Assembly (NCBI GenBank): GCA_963728565.1
Contig: CAVSLC010000013.1
Location: 438,214-502,213 of the forward strand
Source of the DNA: an uncultured delta proteobacterium
GTDB lineage: Bacteria > Desulfobacterota > Binatia > UBA9968
Direction: 5' to 3'
DNA length: 64,000 bases
Shown here: positions 48,559 to 59,349 of the stretch, piece after piece
How the letters are laid out: every line of letters begins with the position of its first letter
How positions within the stretch are numbered: position 1 is the first letter of the stretch
The notes under the pieces: model-generated
The model's database searches: none
What the model was told of the DNA's origin: nothing
What the model saw: only the letters and a program-made list of their open reading frames with translations
Translations under genes and position numbers: made by a program

Positions 48559-50826
48559 ATGAAATCCCCAGAGATCACTCGCAGGCAATTTCTGAAAACC
48601 ACCGGCGCTCTCGTCGTCACTTTCAATTTATTCTCCCCGGCGCGCAGAGCCCTGGCCCAGTTCGCCACTCTCCCATCCGGCGACATCGATCCGACTTCTC
48701 TCGATTCCTGGCTCGCCATCACGCCGGATGGGTTGATCACTTTCTACACCAGCAAAGTGGAACTCGGTACCGGCACGATCACCGCTCTGGCGCAGATCGT
48801 GGCCGAAGAACTCGACGTCCCTTTTGCAAAAATAAAAATGGTGCAGGGCGACACGTCTACATCGATTGAGCAGGGATCCACCGTCGGCAGCCGCACCATC
48901 GAGCGGGCCGGGCCGCAGGTCCGCCAGGCGGCCGCCGCCGCGCGCCAGGAATTGCTCAAGCTTGCCGGGGCACGTCTTAACACGCCGGTGGAGAAGTTGA
49001 CGGTCACCGAAGGCGTGGTCAGCGTTGCCGGCGCACCCGAAAAGAAAGTCTCCTACGGCCAGCTGATCGGCGGCAAAAAATTCAACACCAAGATCAGCGC
49101 CAGCGGCACCGGCTGGGACATGAAAGTCGCGCCGGAGGTGAAGGCCAAGGATCCCAAGCAATACAAAGTGGTCGGCCAGTCGGTCAAACGTGTCGAGTTG
49201 CCGGCGAAGGTCACCGGTGAGCATGACTACATTCATGACGTGCGCATTCCGAACATGCTGCACGGCAGAGTCGTGCGCCCTCCCGTAATCAACACCGAAC
49301 CCGTGAGCATCGATAATGATTCCATCAAGGGAATTCCGGGCGTGGTCATGATCGCGCGCGAGGGAAAATTCGTCGGCGTCATCGCAAAGACCGAATGGGC
49401 AGCGATCAAAGCGTCGCAAACCCTAAAAGTCACCTGGTCCAAGCCGACGAGTAAAGTGCCGGCAACCCCGGACGACGTTTTTGCTTATTTGAAAAACACC
49501 AAGCCGGTGCGCACGACCAAGGCAGTGGATAAAGGTAATGCAACCGAGGCGCTTGCAAAGGCGCAAAAGACTTACCAGGGGAGCTTCCGCTGGCCGTTTC
49601 AGATGCATGGGATGATCGGTCCTTCCTGCGCCATAGCCGATGTCAAAGGCGATAAGGCAACCATCTGGTCCGGCCCGCAGGGGCCGTTCAGAACGCGCGG
49701 CACCGTGGCGAAACTCCTCGGGATTCCGGAGCAGAACGTCCGCATCATCTACCACGAAGCGTCGGGATCGTACGGCCGAATGAGCACCGACGATGGCGCC
49801 GAAGATGCGGCGTTATTGTCGCGCGCCGTCGGCGCGCCGGTGCGCGTGCAGTGGTCGAGGCATGATGAACATGGTTGGGAGCCCAAAGGTCCGGCTCAAG
49901 TGGACGAAGCCAAAGCAGCGATTGACGGCGACGGCCGGCTTGTCGCTTGGGATTTTACCGATTACGGCCAGCCATGGACGGCATCGGGGTCGACGCCACT
50001 GCTCGCATCGCTGCAGGTCGGAATACAACCGACGAATCCCGGCGGCAACAACGGCAACCAAAGCGGCGGCGAAATTTACGCTGTGCCGAACCAGCGAATT
50101 CTTGCCCACCTGGTTAACTGGCACTTTCCCGAACCCATCACCCTGCGCACCAGCAACCTGCGCGCGCCAGGCGACGTGGCGCGCTGCTTTGCGAGCGAAG
50201 GTTTTCTCGACGAAATCGCCGCCGATTTGAAACTCGACCCGCTGGAATTCAGGCTCAAGAATTTAACCGGTAATAAGCGCGCTATGGAATGCCTGCAAGC
50301 CGCCGCCGATAAGGCGAATTGGCAAAAGCGGCCCTCCCCGGCGCCGCCGAGCGGTAACATCGCAACCGGGCGCGGCATTGCGATTACGCAGCGCGCCGCA
50401 ACGTACGTTGCGGCAGTCGCTGAGGTGGAGGTAAACAAGACCACGGGTGAAGTGGCGGTCAAGCGCATCGTCTGCTCCCATGATTGCGGTCTGATGATCA
50501 ACCCCGATGGGGTCAAGAACCAGGTCGAAGGCAACATCATTCAAGGAGTCAGCCGCGCGCTCTATGAAGAGGTCACCTATGATGCCAATGGCGTAACCAG
50601 CCTCGATTGGGGGACGTATCCTATCCTGCGCTTTTCCGATGTGCCCGAGCTCGATATCGTTCTGATCAATCGTCCGGAGATGCAACCTCTGGGCGCCGGC
50701 GAAGGCGCGACGATTCCACCGGCAGCCGCAATCGCCAACGCAATCTTCGATGCCGTCGGCGTACGGTTAAGAGAAGGACCGTTCACTCCTAAGCGGGTGT
50801 TAGGGGCGATGCAAAAGAAAGCTTGA
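48559..50826 (+). CDS. iorB: Molybdopterin-binding large subunit, IorB/xanthine dehydrogenase family, Tat signal
   Basis: TRRQFLK Tat motif; KVELGTG, MLHGRVVRPP, LRAPG, DCGLMINPDG..NQVEG, GAGE catalytic Glu. Confidence 0.92.
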   Translation: MKSPEITRRQFLKTTGALVVTFNLFSPARRALAQFATLPSGDIDPTSLDSWLAITPDGLITFYTSKVELGTGTITALAQIVAEELDVPFAKIKMVQGDTSTSIEQGSTVGSRTIERAGPQVRQAAAAARQELLKLAGARLNTPVEKLTVTEGVVSVAGAPEKKVSYGQLIGGKKFNTKISASGTGWDMKVAPEVKAKDPKQYKVVGQSVKRVELPAKVTGEHDYIHDVRIPNMLHGRVVRPPVINTEPVSIDNDSIKGIPGVVMIAREGKFVGVIAKTEWAAIKASQTLKVTWSKPTSKVPATPDDVFAYLKNTKPVRTTKAVDKGNATEALAKAQKTYQGSFRWPFQMHGMIGPSCAIADVKGDKATIWSGPQGPFRTRGTVAKLLGIPEQNVRIIYHEASGSYGRMSTDDGAEDAALLSRAVGAPVRVQWSRHDEHGWEPKGPAQVDEAKAAIDGDGRLVAWDFTDYGQPWTASGSTPLLASLQVGIQPTNPGGNNGNQSGGEIYAVPNQRILAHLVNWHFPEPITLRTSNLRAPGDVARCFASEGFLDEIAADLKLDPLEFRLKNLTGNKRAMECLQAAADKANWQKRPSPAPPSGNIATGRGIAITQRAATYVAAVAEVEVNKTTGEVAVKRIVCSHDCGLMINPDGVKNQVEGNIIQGVSRALYEEVTYDANGVTSLDWGTYPILRFSDVPELDIVLINRPEMQPLGAGEGATIPPAAAIANAIFDAVGVRLREGPFTPKRVLGAMQKKA

Positions 50827-50837
50827 GCGTTTCGGGC

Positions 50838-50870
50838 CGGCTGTTTTTTCCTCGTCTGAAGAAGCAGCCG
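50838..50870 (+). terminator. Hairpin downstream of iorB
   Basis: CGGCTGTTTTTTC...GAAGAAGCAGCCG 13-bp stem including G-U pairs; weak U tail. Confidence 0.5.
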
Positions 50871-50981
50871 ATCCTTTACTCGCCTCCGTAATCACCTTTG
50901 TCCTGTAGCACCGGTAGCACGATCTCAATCAGCTTCAAAAACAAACGCCAGCCGGTATCGGTTTAAGCAACGGAGTGCCCC

Positions 50982-51359
50982 ATGCATGATGAAATTTCAT
51001 GGCAAGTTGAACTTACCATCGCCCCGGAGCGATTGGACGCGTTTTGCTCTCTGACCAACGAGATGATTGAATCGGCAAGGCTCGAAGGCGGCGTTCTCGT
51101 TTACGAACGATTCTTGAGCCAAGACGGCGGGAAGATCTTCGTTTACGAACGTTACGCCAACTCTGACACGGCGATTTCGCACCTGCGGAGCTTTCAGGAT
51201 AAATTCGCCGATGCATTCGGGCGACTGGTGAAAAGAGAACGCTTTATTGTGTTCGGCACGCCCAACGATGAGCTCAAGGGGATGCTGAGCGGATTCGACG
51301 CAACATTTATGCGCCCAATAGCCGGCTTCTCGGCGCTGGATAGGAGTTTTAAGAAATGA
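50982..51359 (+). CDS. ABM-family (putative quinol monooxygenase) protein
   Basis: EGGVLVYE, VYERYANSD...HL, FGTP pattern. Confidence 0.75.
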   Translation: MHDEISWQVELTIAPERLDAFCSLTNEMIESARLEGGVLVYERFLSQDGGKIFVYERYANSDTAISHLRSFQDKFADAFGRLVKRERFIVFGTPNDELKGMLSGFDATFMRPIAGFSALDRSFKK

Positions 51360-51895
51360 TGCCTAAAAACAATTTCGAATTGATGGCGCGCTACAACCAG
51401 TGGATGAACGAAAAACTATACCAGGTCTGCGCAAGCATTCCCGATCAGGAGCGAAAGAAGGACTTGGGGGCATTCTTCAAGTCCATTCATGGAACACTCA
51501 ATCACCTGCTTTACGGCGACAGAGCGTGGATGAGTCGTTTCGTCGCAATGCCGCTGGCCGTGACCGCCATCGGAGAAGAGTTGCATCAGGACTTCGATGA
51601 ATTGAGAACGGACCGCACAGCGCTGGATCAGCAGATTCTGGACTGGTCGCATGGATTGAACCCCCAGTGGCTTGACGCACCATTCAAATACACCAGTAAC
51701 GTGGACGGAAAAACCCGGGTTCTCCCCGCGTGGGTCCTGGTCATGCACATGTTCAACCACCAGACCCATCATCGCGGGCAAGTAACCACGTTGATAAAGC
51801 AACTGGGACACGACCCCGGCATCACGGACCTGCCTTGGCTGCCGGAATTCGAGTCCCCGGACGCAACACAGGACTGGGCGGACCCTGTGACATAA
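51356..51895 (+). CDS. DinB/YfiT-family metalloprotein (not DNA polymerase IV)
   Basis: YNQWMN, SIHGTLNH, HMFNHQTHHRGQ. Confidence 0.9.
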   Translation: MMPKNNFELMARYNQWMNEKLYQVCASIPDQERKKDLGAFFKSIHGTLNHLLYGDRAWMSRFVAMPLAVTAIGEELHQDFDELRTDRTALDQQILDWSHGLNPQWLDAPFKYTSNVDGKTRVLPAWVLVMHMFNHQTHHRGQVTTLIKQLGHDPGITDLPWLPEFESPDATQDWADPVT

Positions 51896-51916
51896 TACTC
51901 TGACCGTTCCGGGCGA

Positions 51917-52960
51917 TTAGTTCGCTTCGAGCTTTTTGACCAACTCCACAACGGCCGGTGGCTGGTCCATCAGTTCCTTATAGATATCTTCGATTTCGCC
52001 ACCGGTGATGGGGTCCATGTCGAGCCTCGATCTTTTGACCTCGTCGAGTAAATCGGGGTCCTTAAGGGATTTGTTGTAGGCATCACGCAGAATCTTGACC
52101 CGTTCCGGCGGGACTGCCGGCGGCGCCACCATGGGACGGCCCAACTCGTCGCCGGCCAGAAGCACGCGAGCGAAGCGGCGGCCGACTTCCGAGGTTTTGT
52201 ATTTGTCCATCAGCTCAAAAATCGTGGGGATGTCCGACAGCCGCTGATCGCGCCTCTCGCCGGCTTGAACCAGATGCCGGTCGAATCCCTTTTTATCCCA
52301 GCTGAGAAATGGCTCCCGGCTAAAGTGAACCGTGATGCGCGTCGCCCGACAGACGATCTCGCCCCTCTCCATGGCGAGATCGACTTCGCTGCCGCCTTTG
52401 TAGCCGAGCACGCGTGTGAAACGCGCGCCGATGGTTTCTTCCAACAGACGGGTGAATAGGGTGGTTTGATCCGACAATCCCGTGGCGCCGCATTTCGGCG
52501 CCTCCTTAGCCTTCATGATTTCGTCGATGGACCGGAAGGGCGAATCGCCGCGGATGTAAAGCATCATCGTGCCTTTCTCCTGGGAGCCGAGCCAGTTGAA
52601 CTTGCGCACGTCAAACTTGACTTCCGGGCGCTGCACCATCTGTTGAAGGTACATATGCGTTTGAAACATGCCGATGGTGAGGCCGTCGGGTTTGGCGACA
52701 TCATATAAATAGTTGGCGGCAACCATGGAACCGCCGCCCGGCATGTTCTGCACCACCATGCTCGGATTGCCCGGAATGTATTTCCCCAAGACTCGGCCAA
52801 ACAGACGTCCCCAGCGATCGTAGAGTCCACCGGGCACGGTGCCGACGACGATGGTAATCGTTTTGCCCTGGTAGAAATTCGTTTGCGCTTGAAGCGCGTA
52901 CGGCAAGCCGATGAACAGGCTGAGAAAAGCGGCCGCGGCAAGATACTTATTTTTTTGCAT
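51917..52960 (-). CDS. tctC: Tripartite tricarboxylate transporter substrate-binding protein (TctC/Bug-like)
   Basis: FYQGKTITIVVG..PGGLYD, VQNMPGGG, AKPDGLT, GYKGG. Confidence 0.9.
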   Translation of the reverse strand: MQKNKYLAAAAFLSLFIGLPYALQAQTNFYQGKTITIVVGTVPGGLYDRWGRLFGRVLGKYIPGNPSMVVQNMPGGGSMVAANYLYDVAKPDGLTIGMFQTHMYLQQMVQRPEVKFDVRKFNWLGSQEKGTMMLYIRGDSPFRSIDEIMKAKEAPKCGATGLSDQTTLFTRLLEETIGARFTRVLGYKGGSEVDLAMERGEIVCRATRITVHFSREPFLSWDKKGFDRHLVQAGERRDQRLSDIPTIFELMDKYKTSEVGRRFARVLLAGDELGRPMVAPPAVPPERVKILRDAYNKSLKDPDLLDEVKRSRLDMDPITGGEIEDIYKELMDQPPAVVELVKKLEAN

Positions 52961-53690
52961 ATTGCCTCCCGTGTGCCTTGGTAAAACGACCGATCACTAC
53001 CAGTCCTCAAAGAATTTCACACGATATACGCCTCCGGCTCTGTGGCCTTCAGCAATGATCTTACATGCCGTTTTCCTTTTGCCCGGTCTGGAAATGCAGA
53101 TCGGAGTATCTGACGTTAGTTGAAGAGTGCATTGCCGGTCAAGCAGACGTTACCGAAATAAGCCGCCGCTGGTTGGGCAGATTACCCGCCGTGCCGGTCG
53201 GCTTTCGGCGGAATAGGAATACTCAATGCTGACAACATTCGATCAGTTGGTGGATATTGCGATCGAATTGAACTTTCTTGTCCCAGCCGTCTTTCGGGAT
53301 AAGCCGACCAGTTATTGTCACTACCCACAGACTCACCTGATAGTTAAGCCGCACTAGAAAGTACCTATCCCCGTCGCAGAAAGGTTGTTATTACGCTGCG
53401 AGCCATTCTCATCCTAGCCGCGTGCGATGATGAGTTCGATGTTGTGGGCCTGGAGGTTCAGTTACGCACTATTAACGTTGCTCATGTTGGCATTTGAGCC
53501 GCTGGGAGACCACAACGGCTACATCCAGATCGATCTCCTGCGACGGCATCTCGATGGCTTAGAAGATCCCCATTTCGAGCAGGAACTCGCCGACGAGGAT
53601 CGGTTCAAAATTCACTGCACATGAAATAAGCCAGGTACAAAATGCAATAGCTTTGACTGTCGTAGAATTCCTCATCTTAAAATTAACTCT

Positions 53691-54884
53691 CTATCTGGAC
53701 TGCCACAGCTCCCGGCTCGCCAATCGGGCACCCTCCGACAATGCGGCAAACTTGAGCCATGCCACGCAAGGGTGGGTATCGTTGAACCTCAGGGCGGAGG
53801 CGGCAAAGCCGCAGTCGGCTCCGGCGATGACGTTCTCGCGCCCAACGAGTTTAGCGAACCGCAGGATTCGTTCGGCAATCAATTCCGGGTGCTCGACCAG
53901 ATTGGTGGTGTGGCTGATCACGCCCGGAATAAGTATCTTCCCGGCGGGCAGCTTGACCTGCTCGAAGACATGGTATTCGTGTTCGTGTCGCGGGTTCGCC
54001 GCTTCGAACGAATAAGCGCCGGCGTTGATCTTGAAAATAATGTCGACGATATCCTTCAGGTCCATTTCGTGAATGCGCGGGCCGACATCGATCGAGTAGC
54101 AGGTATGGAAGCGAACCTTCTCAGGCGCGATGCCGCGGAGCGAGTAGTTGATTGCTTCGACGCGCTCTTCCGCCCACTTCCTGCAGTCTTCGACGCTCAA
54201 GTGCGGATTCATCATGTAGTAGGTGACCAGGCGCGGATCGTCGATCTGTAGGATAAATCCGGCATCGACAATGGCTTGATACTCTTCGCGCAGCGCATCG
54301 GAGACGGCCTGCTCGTATTCCCCGTAGGTGCGGTAGTATGCGTTGGCAAAGGTAGACGCGACGTAGGAAGAAGCGATCGCAGGCACGAAGACGTCCGCGT
54401 AGGTCCGGCCCTTCGTTGCCGCCTTCAAGTTGTCGATGTCCGCCTCAACCGCCGCATGGCCGCGATAGCTGACCGGCCCGGTGCAGGTATCGACGCCGTG
54501 GCCGCGGCTTCCGCTTCGGCCGCCCAAGGGTTCGGCGATGCGTTCCGACCATGCATAGTATTCGGGAAAGGCGACGTACTCTCTGCCCAATGCCCGTGGT
54601 CTCACCTCGCCCTGAGCGAACGGTTTGCGCTCGAAGCCGCTGAAGCGTTCTACGACGTAGCCGAAGAAGCTCGCTTTGCCCTGCTCGCCGTCGTTGACGA
54701 TATCGATACCCGCTTCGATTTGCCGCCGCACGACGTCCGCTACCGCTTCGCGCACTACTCTTGCGAGATCATCGCGCTCGTAGGGCTGACCCTCTTCCCT
54801 CTGTCGAAGGAGCGGAATCAGCGAGTCGGGGCGAGCCAGGCTGCCCACATGGGTCGTAAGGATTCTTTCCGTGCTGCGCTTCAT
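53691..54884 (-). CDS. Cobalamin-independent methionine synthase II family (MetE C-domain / EaCoMT-like) Zn enzyme
   Basis: ILTTHVGSL, DGEQGK, LQIDDP, FHTCY, EAANPRHEHE, PGVISH, DCGF. Confidence 0.9.
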   Translation of the reverse strand: MKRSTERILTTHVGSLARPDSLIPLLRQREEGQPYERDDLARVVREAVADVVRRQIEAGIDIVNDGEQGKASFFGYVVERFSGFERKPFAQGEVRPRALGREYVAFPEYYAWSERIAEPLGGRSGSRGHGVDTCTGPVSYRGHAAVEADIDNLKAATKGRTYADVFVPAIASSYVASTFANAYYRTYGEYEQAVSDALREEYQAIVDAGFILQIDDPRLVTYYMMNPHLSVEDCRKWAEERVEAINYSLRGIAPEKVRFHTCYSIDVGPRIHEMDLKDIVDIIFKINAGAYSFEAANPRHEHEYHVFEQVKLPAGKILIPGVISHTTNLVEHPELIAERILRFAKLVGRENVIAGADCGFAASALRFNDTHPCVAWLKFAALSEGARLASRELWQSR

Positions 54885-55099
54885 GGGTATCTTCCTTGTC
54901 TAATTGGTTGCCGTCAAAATAGCGCAATGTCGCCGTACACCGTTTGGAGCAGGAAATAGCCCCATCAGTGGTGGGTGTGTCAAGTCGCGAAGGAAAACAA
55001 ATTGGTATATCCGCTTTTTCACTACAGCTATGTCTTGATGTCGAACGATTTTCACTTGGCTTTCGAGCAACTCGACATTCAGATCGGAGCTCTGAAACT

Positions 55100-56101
55100 T
55101 CAGCGATAAAGCGCATCGATAAATCCCGAGCGGTCAAACTCTTCAAGCAAACTAATATCGATGAAATCCTTTGGGTTGGCAGCCTTCGCCGTCGGAACTC
55201 TCTCGCTCAAATCCGCTAGAATCGTTTTAAAACCCTCTACCGAAGGATACGGTTTGGGCTTGACGATTTCGCGAAGGGTTTCATAGGCAGGTTCAACTTC
55301 CTTTTCATCTTTCGCCTTTCTGTATTTGACATAGGCTCGCTTTGAGACCTCCGGATTGGTCCTCACCATATGAATGGCTTCTACGTAAGCCCGTAAAAAG
55401 CGTCGTGCGACGTCGCGTTTTTTTGCAAGCACACGGTGGGTCGTTACCAATCCGACCCCTTGATAAGGCACGTTTAAGTCTGTCAAGTTGAGCAAGACCC
55501 TCATACCCCCACGGACTGCTTCCTGGTGATCCGGCGGCGAGGCGAGCGTGGCGTCAATCGAACCGGCAAGCAGCGCGATCAAGCGCGCCGGAGTATCTCC
55601 TATCTGCAACAGTGTGACGTCGCGATCGGTCAATCCATATCTCGGCAGCACGTTGAGCACGCGCACGTGCGACGCGGCTCCAAAACGGAATATCCCGATG
55701 CGTTTTCCCCTGAGCTCCGCGATGGACTTGATATCGGGACGAGCAACCAGCCGATCGGTAAGCACGCCCTCCACGCCAGCGATCATCACGGGGTCTGTCC
55801 CTTGCAGCCTGGCGGAGGCCATGAGAGCTCCGGTCATTTGTCCGAAGTCAATCTCACCGGCCACCAGCGACTCGATAGCCAACCGCGTGTAGATAACCTG
55901 TACATCGAGGCCATTTCTCTTAAAGAGCCCGCCCACATCGGCAACCCACAATATCCCTTGAGTCGCTGTGGGAGACGAGTAAGCAACTCTGACAGTATCC
56001 GCGCCCGCAGCAATCTTGTGAGTGACGCATACTATGAGAGCGCCAATCGCCAGAACCATCAAAGGTTCAATCCAATGAACAGATCGACGGTATGACATCA
56101 T
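55100..56101 (-). CDS. NMT1/THI5-like substrate-binding protein
   Basis: GLFKRNGLDV, LRGKRIG, PYPS, SGFIDALY. Confidence 0.9.
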   Translation of the reverse strand: MMSYRRSVHWIEPLMVLAIGALIVCVTHKIAAGADTVRVAYSSPTATQGILWVADVGGLFKRNGLDVQVIYTRLAIESLVAGEIDFGQMTGALMASARLQGTDPVMIAGVEGVLTDRLVARPDIKSIAELRGKRIGIFRFGAASHVRVLNVLPRYGLTDRDVTLLQIGDTPARLIALLAGSIDATLASPPDHQEAVRGGMRVLLNLTDLNVPYQGVGLVTTHRVLAKKRDVARRFLRAYVEAIHMVRTNPEVSKRAYVKYRKAKDEKEVEPAYETLREIVKPKPYPSVEGFKTILADLSERVPTAKAANPKDFIDISLLEEFDRSGFIDALYR

Positions 56102-56154
56102 CCCTCCCAACACCTCAAAGGTCTGTCAAGAAAGCGCTAAGTAAAAACTCTTTT

Positions 56155-57174
56155 CTACAGCAAGTCCCTTAGCATCCGTCGGTACTTAAGAGTTCCAGCA
56201 TCCGGTCCTTTGAGATGTAGTTCCTCGGTTAAGTCCAACGGCAACTCTTCAGGGCGCTGGCTTTCGACGATTTTGCGGTCCTGCGCAAAAATAACCTGTA
56301 TGAGTTCTCGAAACGCATCATCCGGTTGCTCCAATGCAAAGTTGCGGGAAGAGAACGTGTAGTAGCGCATGCGCTTTGCCGAAATAGGCGAGGCGATGAT
56401 CGATACCAGCTGACGCCGGGCTCCCTCCATTGGACGAATAGCCTGGGCGGTGAATGGCAGGACAACCCTGTACCGACGCCTGCCCTCGGTAAATGCACTG
56501 TAAGACGCTAACGCGGAAGGCCCTCGAAATGCCCCGCTCGGGGGAGCAGTAAATTTGGTCTCAAAACTTAGTTCGAAACCGTTCTGCTTCACTTCGAACT
56601 CAGGGATCACCGGATCATCAGGAGTGGCATTGATGCCAGGATGAACATAAGGAAAGTGGGAAGTGTCAATGAAGTTTTCGATCATGCGCGCCGCGCTGGT
56701 TTCCCACATTTCAGTCGAATGAAAAAACGTGTGGTAATTCGGATCTTCAAGTTCTGGAATCTCGGGAATAGGTGCCTTCGGCTCTGCTAGACACACCCAG
56801 ACTAAGCCGTAACGTTCACGCACGTTGAAATACGCGGTGGCGCGAGCCTTGGCAGGAATTGCCTGTCCCGCCGGTAAAGAGGGAATCCGCACGCAATTGC
56901 CATCGGCAGCGTAGGTCCAGCCATGATAAGGACAAACTAAATTATCGTCTTGGATCCAGCCCAGCGATAAAGCAGTTCCTCGGTGAATGCATAAGTCCCG
57001 GAATGCCGCTACCTTATCCTTCGTCCGCCAAACGACGATTCGTTCATCAAGTAAAGACACGGCAAGCGGAGCATTGCGAAGTTCACTGCTCGTCGCCACT
57101 GGATGCCAATAGCTGCGCAGTATCATTTCACTCACCGACCTTGGACCCTGGGGAACCGTTGTAGATTCCGTCAT
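56155..57174 (-). CDS. Rieske non-heme iron oxygenase alpha subunit (VanA/NdmA demethylase-like)
   Basis: CIH..CPYH Rieske motif; ENFIDTSHFPYVH mononuclear Fe motif; QDRKIVESQRP. Confidence 0.92.
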   Translation of the reverse strand: MTESTTVPQGPRSVSEMILRSYWHPVATSSELRNAPLAVSLLDERIVVWRTKDKVAAFRDLCIHRGTALSLGWIQDDNLVCPYHGWTYAADGNCVRIPSLPAGQAIPAKARATAYFNVRERYGLVWVCLAEPKAPIPEIPELEDPNYHTFFHSTEMWETSAARMIENFIDTSHFPYVHPGINATPDDPVIPEFEVKQNGFELSFETKFTAPPSGAFRGPSALASYSAFTEGRRRYRVVLPFTAQAIRPMEGARRQLVSIIASPISAKRMRYYTFSSRNFALEQPDDAFRELIQVIFAQDRKIVESQRPEELPLDLTEELHLKGPDAGTLKYRRMLRDLL

Positions 57175-57212
57175 GCTGGATCCTCGTTCATTCACCACAC
57201 GGTCAAAGACTG

Positions 57213-58237
57213 TTATTTCAGAATTTCCTTCAAACGAGGTATCAGCGCAGCATCGAGATTGAAGACCTCTCTAACATTAGCCTCCAGTGTTGCCCCATCT
57301 AGCGGATTTATATCGAGCTTCGCTTTAGCCGCCTCGGCAAGGAACTCCTGATCCTTCATCGTGCTCATAAAAGCCCGACGCAACATTTCAACGCGGTCCT
57401 TTGGTGTACCGGGAGGCAAGACATAAGGCCGTACTGTCGGGGCGATTGTATGGATGACCGATCGAATCATCCTTTTCGCTTCGTCTGTCTTGGCATAATC
57501 GATAGCCAAAGGCACGTTCGGAACATCCGGATGACGGGTTGGGATAGCCTGAAGAACCAGCGCCACTTCGTTCCCATCCATCTCCTTGCGCCATGTCGAT
57601 TTAAAGGATTCCCATGCGTTGCAGATTCCTCGATCTCTCCCGAATTGAAGGCCAGTCGAACTTCCGACGTACCCTTGTAACCAGCCACGACTTGCAGAGG
57701 GAGACCGATAGTAGCCGCGAGTACTTTCGGAATATCGTCCGTCGCAGAGCCGGCTCCTATGCCGCCAATTTTAAGAATTCTCTTTGACGCCAGCCACTGT
57801 TCCATACTGGTAATGCCGGTCGTCTTTGACAAACCGATCATGTAGCTGTCCTGAGCGGGAACTCCGATGAAATTGAACTTGAGGGCGTCAAATTCGACGC
57901 CTGGCTTACCGAGAAGCTGCTGCAGAAACAATGAACCGATAAAATGACCGATCGTCAGACCGTCGGGCTTAGCGACTTTGTATACATAGTTTGCCCCGAT
58001 CAGGTGGCCTGCTCCAGGCATGTTCTCAACAACAATCGTCGGCTCTCCCGGAATATACTTGCGCAAGTGCCGGGCCATGGTCCGGGTGTAGAGATCATAG
58101 CCGCCGCCCGCTGCAGTGGCGACAACGATCCTGATGACCTTGTCTTTATAGAACGATTCTTGTGAAAACGCGGATGTCGAAAAGTTTAGAGTTATAGCAA
58201 GAGTTAGTGTTATGACACTCGCCAAGTGTTTAGCCAT
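57213..58237 (-). CDS. tctC: TctC-like substrate-binding protein (frameshift near 57629)
   Basis: GGGYD, VENMPGAG, AKPDGLT; a missing G in GAG-GGA joins GEIE-GICNAWES; C-terminus in ORF 57213..57581. Confidence 0.88.
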
Positions 58238-58437
58238 ACTCCCTCCTAGCGCAACTGCCTTGAATTGTTTGGATGCTATTTATGATTGCCACTCAATTGA
58301 AGGAGCTAGCCAAGATTAGTGACCGTAAACACCTATCAGCAGCAAGCTAAGCAGGTTCAACATCGTAATGTCCGACGTTAGGAGGCGATTTTGTAAGGCC
58401 GACTGCGATCGTCGCCGTTGAGAGGTTTCACACCAAG

Positions 58438-58474
58438 TTCTCTCGGGTCTTCCGGATAATTTTCTCTCGGGTCT
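58438..58474. repeat. 13-bp direct repeat TTCTCTCGGGTCT x2
   Basis: Copies at 58438-58450 and 58462-58474 (24-bp period) in the intergenic gap. Confidence 0.6.
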
Positions 58475-58495
58475 ACAATACGATAGAGAGCGAAG

Positions 58496-59302
58496 TTACA
58501 ATGCGTATGCGGCAAGATCTTCGCGCTCTCGTCCAATCGGCGAAAAATCAACTCCCTCCAAAGGCTGGACCTTGCCTTGATCGATTTCTTCGAGACGCTC
58601 CTTCGAAAGAGGATTTCCGAACTGTTCGTTTTTCATCCGCAAGTGATGCTGTAGGTATCGCGCTAAGACGGTTTTCGCTCTTTCGAGTTGTTCGGGCGTT
58701 TTGATGCGTCGGGCGGCAGCGGCGATGTGAATCGGGCCGTGAAACATTTCATCATGGGAGATCTCTCTTGCGGCATGCGCCATCCGTTGTTCCAGCTCGC
58801 CTCCGGTAATACGGCTCAATCCGATAAGCCAGCCGGAACCACCACCCTCGCCGATGCCAAGGGCGATCTTAGCCATCTCATCCCCTGAAGCGCGCAGTTC
58901 CTTCTCATAGCGAGCTTTTTTTGTATTTTCAGGGAAACGCTCGTTATCACTCCATACGCCGAGTGTCAGCAACTCATCTACATCGATCTTTTCTCCGAAC
59001 TGCTCTTCGAGAATCGCCACAAACAGACGATAGTGTTCCAGTTCTTCGGAAAATGCTCGCGCGAGGTTCTCATAGTCCTTGCGCTTGAGCTCCTTTTCGA
59101 ACTTAGGCTGGAGATCTTTCAGATTATCCAGGAACTTCCAAGCCGTCGTGAGCTCCCGTGCCGCCTGACACTTCAACCAGGCGATATCTTGCTCTCTGGA
59201 TCTTGGGCGGCTGAAATAGGCTCGCACAATTTCAGCATTGCCCGCGGCATATTTGGCGAGAATTTCTGTCAGTGTTTTTTTCACTTCATCGGACAAATCC
59301 AT
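58496..59302 (-). CDS. Ferritin-like (diiron-carboxylate) domain protein
   Basis: Helical; ligand pattern QAARE ... EELEH ... GEGG ... DEMFH (E-ExxH-E-ExxH). Confidence 0.75.
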   Translation of the reverse strand: MDLSDEVKKTLTEILAKYAAGNAEIVRAYFSRPRSREQDIAWLKCQAARELTTAWKFLDNLKDLQPKFEKELKRKDYENLARAFSEELEHYRLFVAILEEQFGEKIDVDELLTLGVWSDNERFPENTKKARYEKELRASGDEMAKIALGIGEGGGSGWLIGLSRITGGELEQRMAHAAREISHDEMFHGPIHIAAAARRIKTPEQLERAKTVLARYLQHHLRMKNEQFGNPLSKERLEEIDQGKVQPLEGVDFSPIGREREDLAAYAL

Positions 59303-59349
59303 TTCGTTCCCCCTTTTTATGTGGGCAATCCGTCTCCTGTCTGTATGAA

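Noticed and set aside
48628-49419. Long antisense or alternative-frame ORFs (also 22303..22944, 54276..54959, 16802..17464)
   Set aside because: Shadows of high-GC coding genes; Arg/Ala/Gly-rich with no motifs.
51356-51895. dinB as DNA polymerase IV
   Set aside because: 179-aa His-triad DinB/YfiT fold protein, unrelated to Y-family polymerases.
53000-53690. Short ORFs (e.g. 53427..53624) in the long gap
   Set aside because: No RBS or recognisable domain; probably decayed sequence that I cannot assign.
54885-55099. SAM or cobalamin riboswitch upstream of the MetE-like gene
   Set aside because: No recognisable conserved riboswitch motifs; only a possible TTGACA promoter element. The family is not necessarily methionine-biosynthetic.
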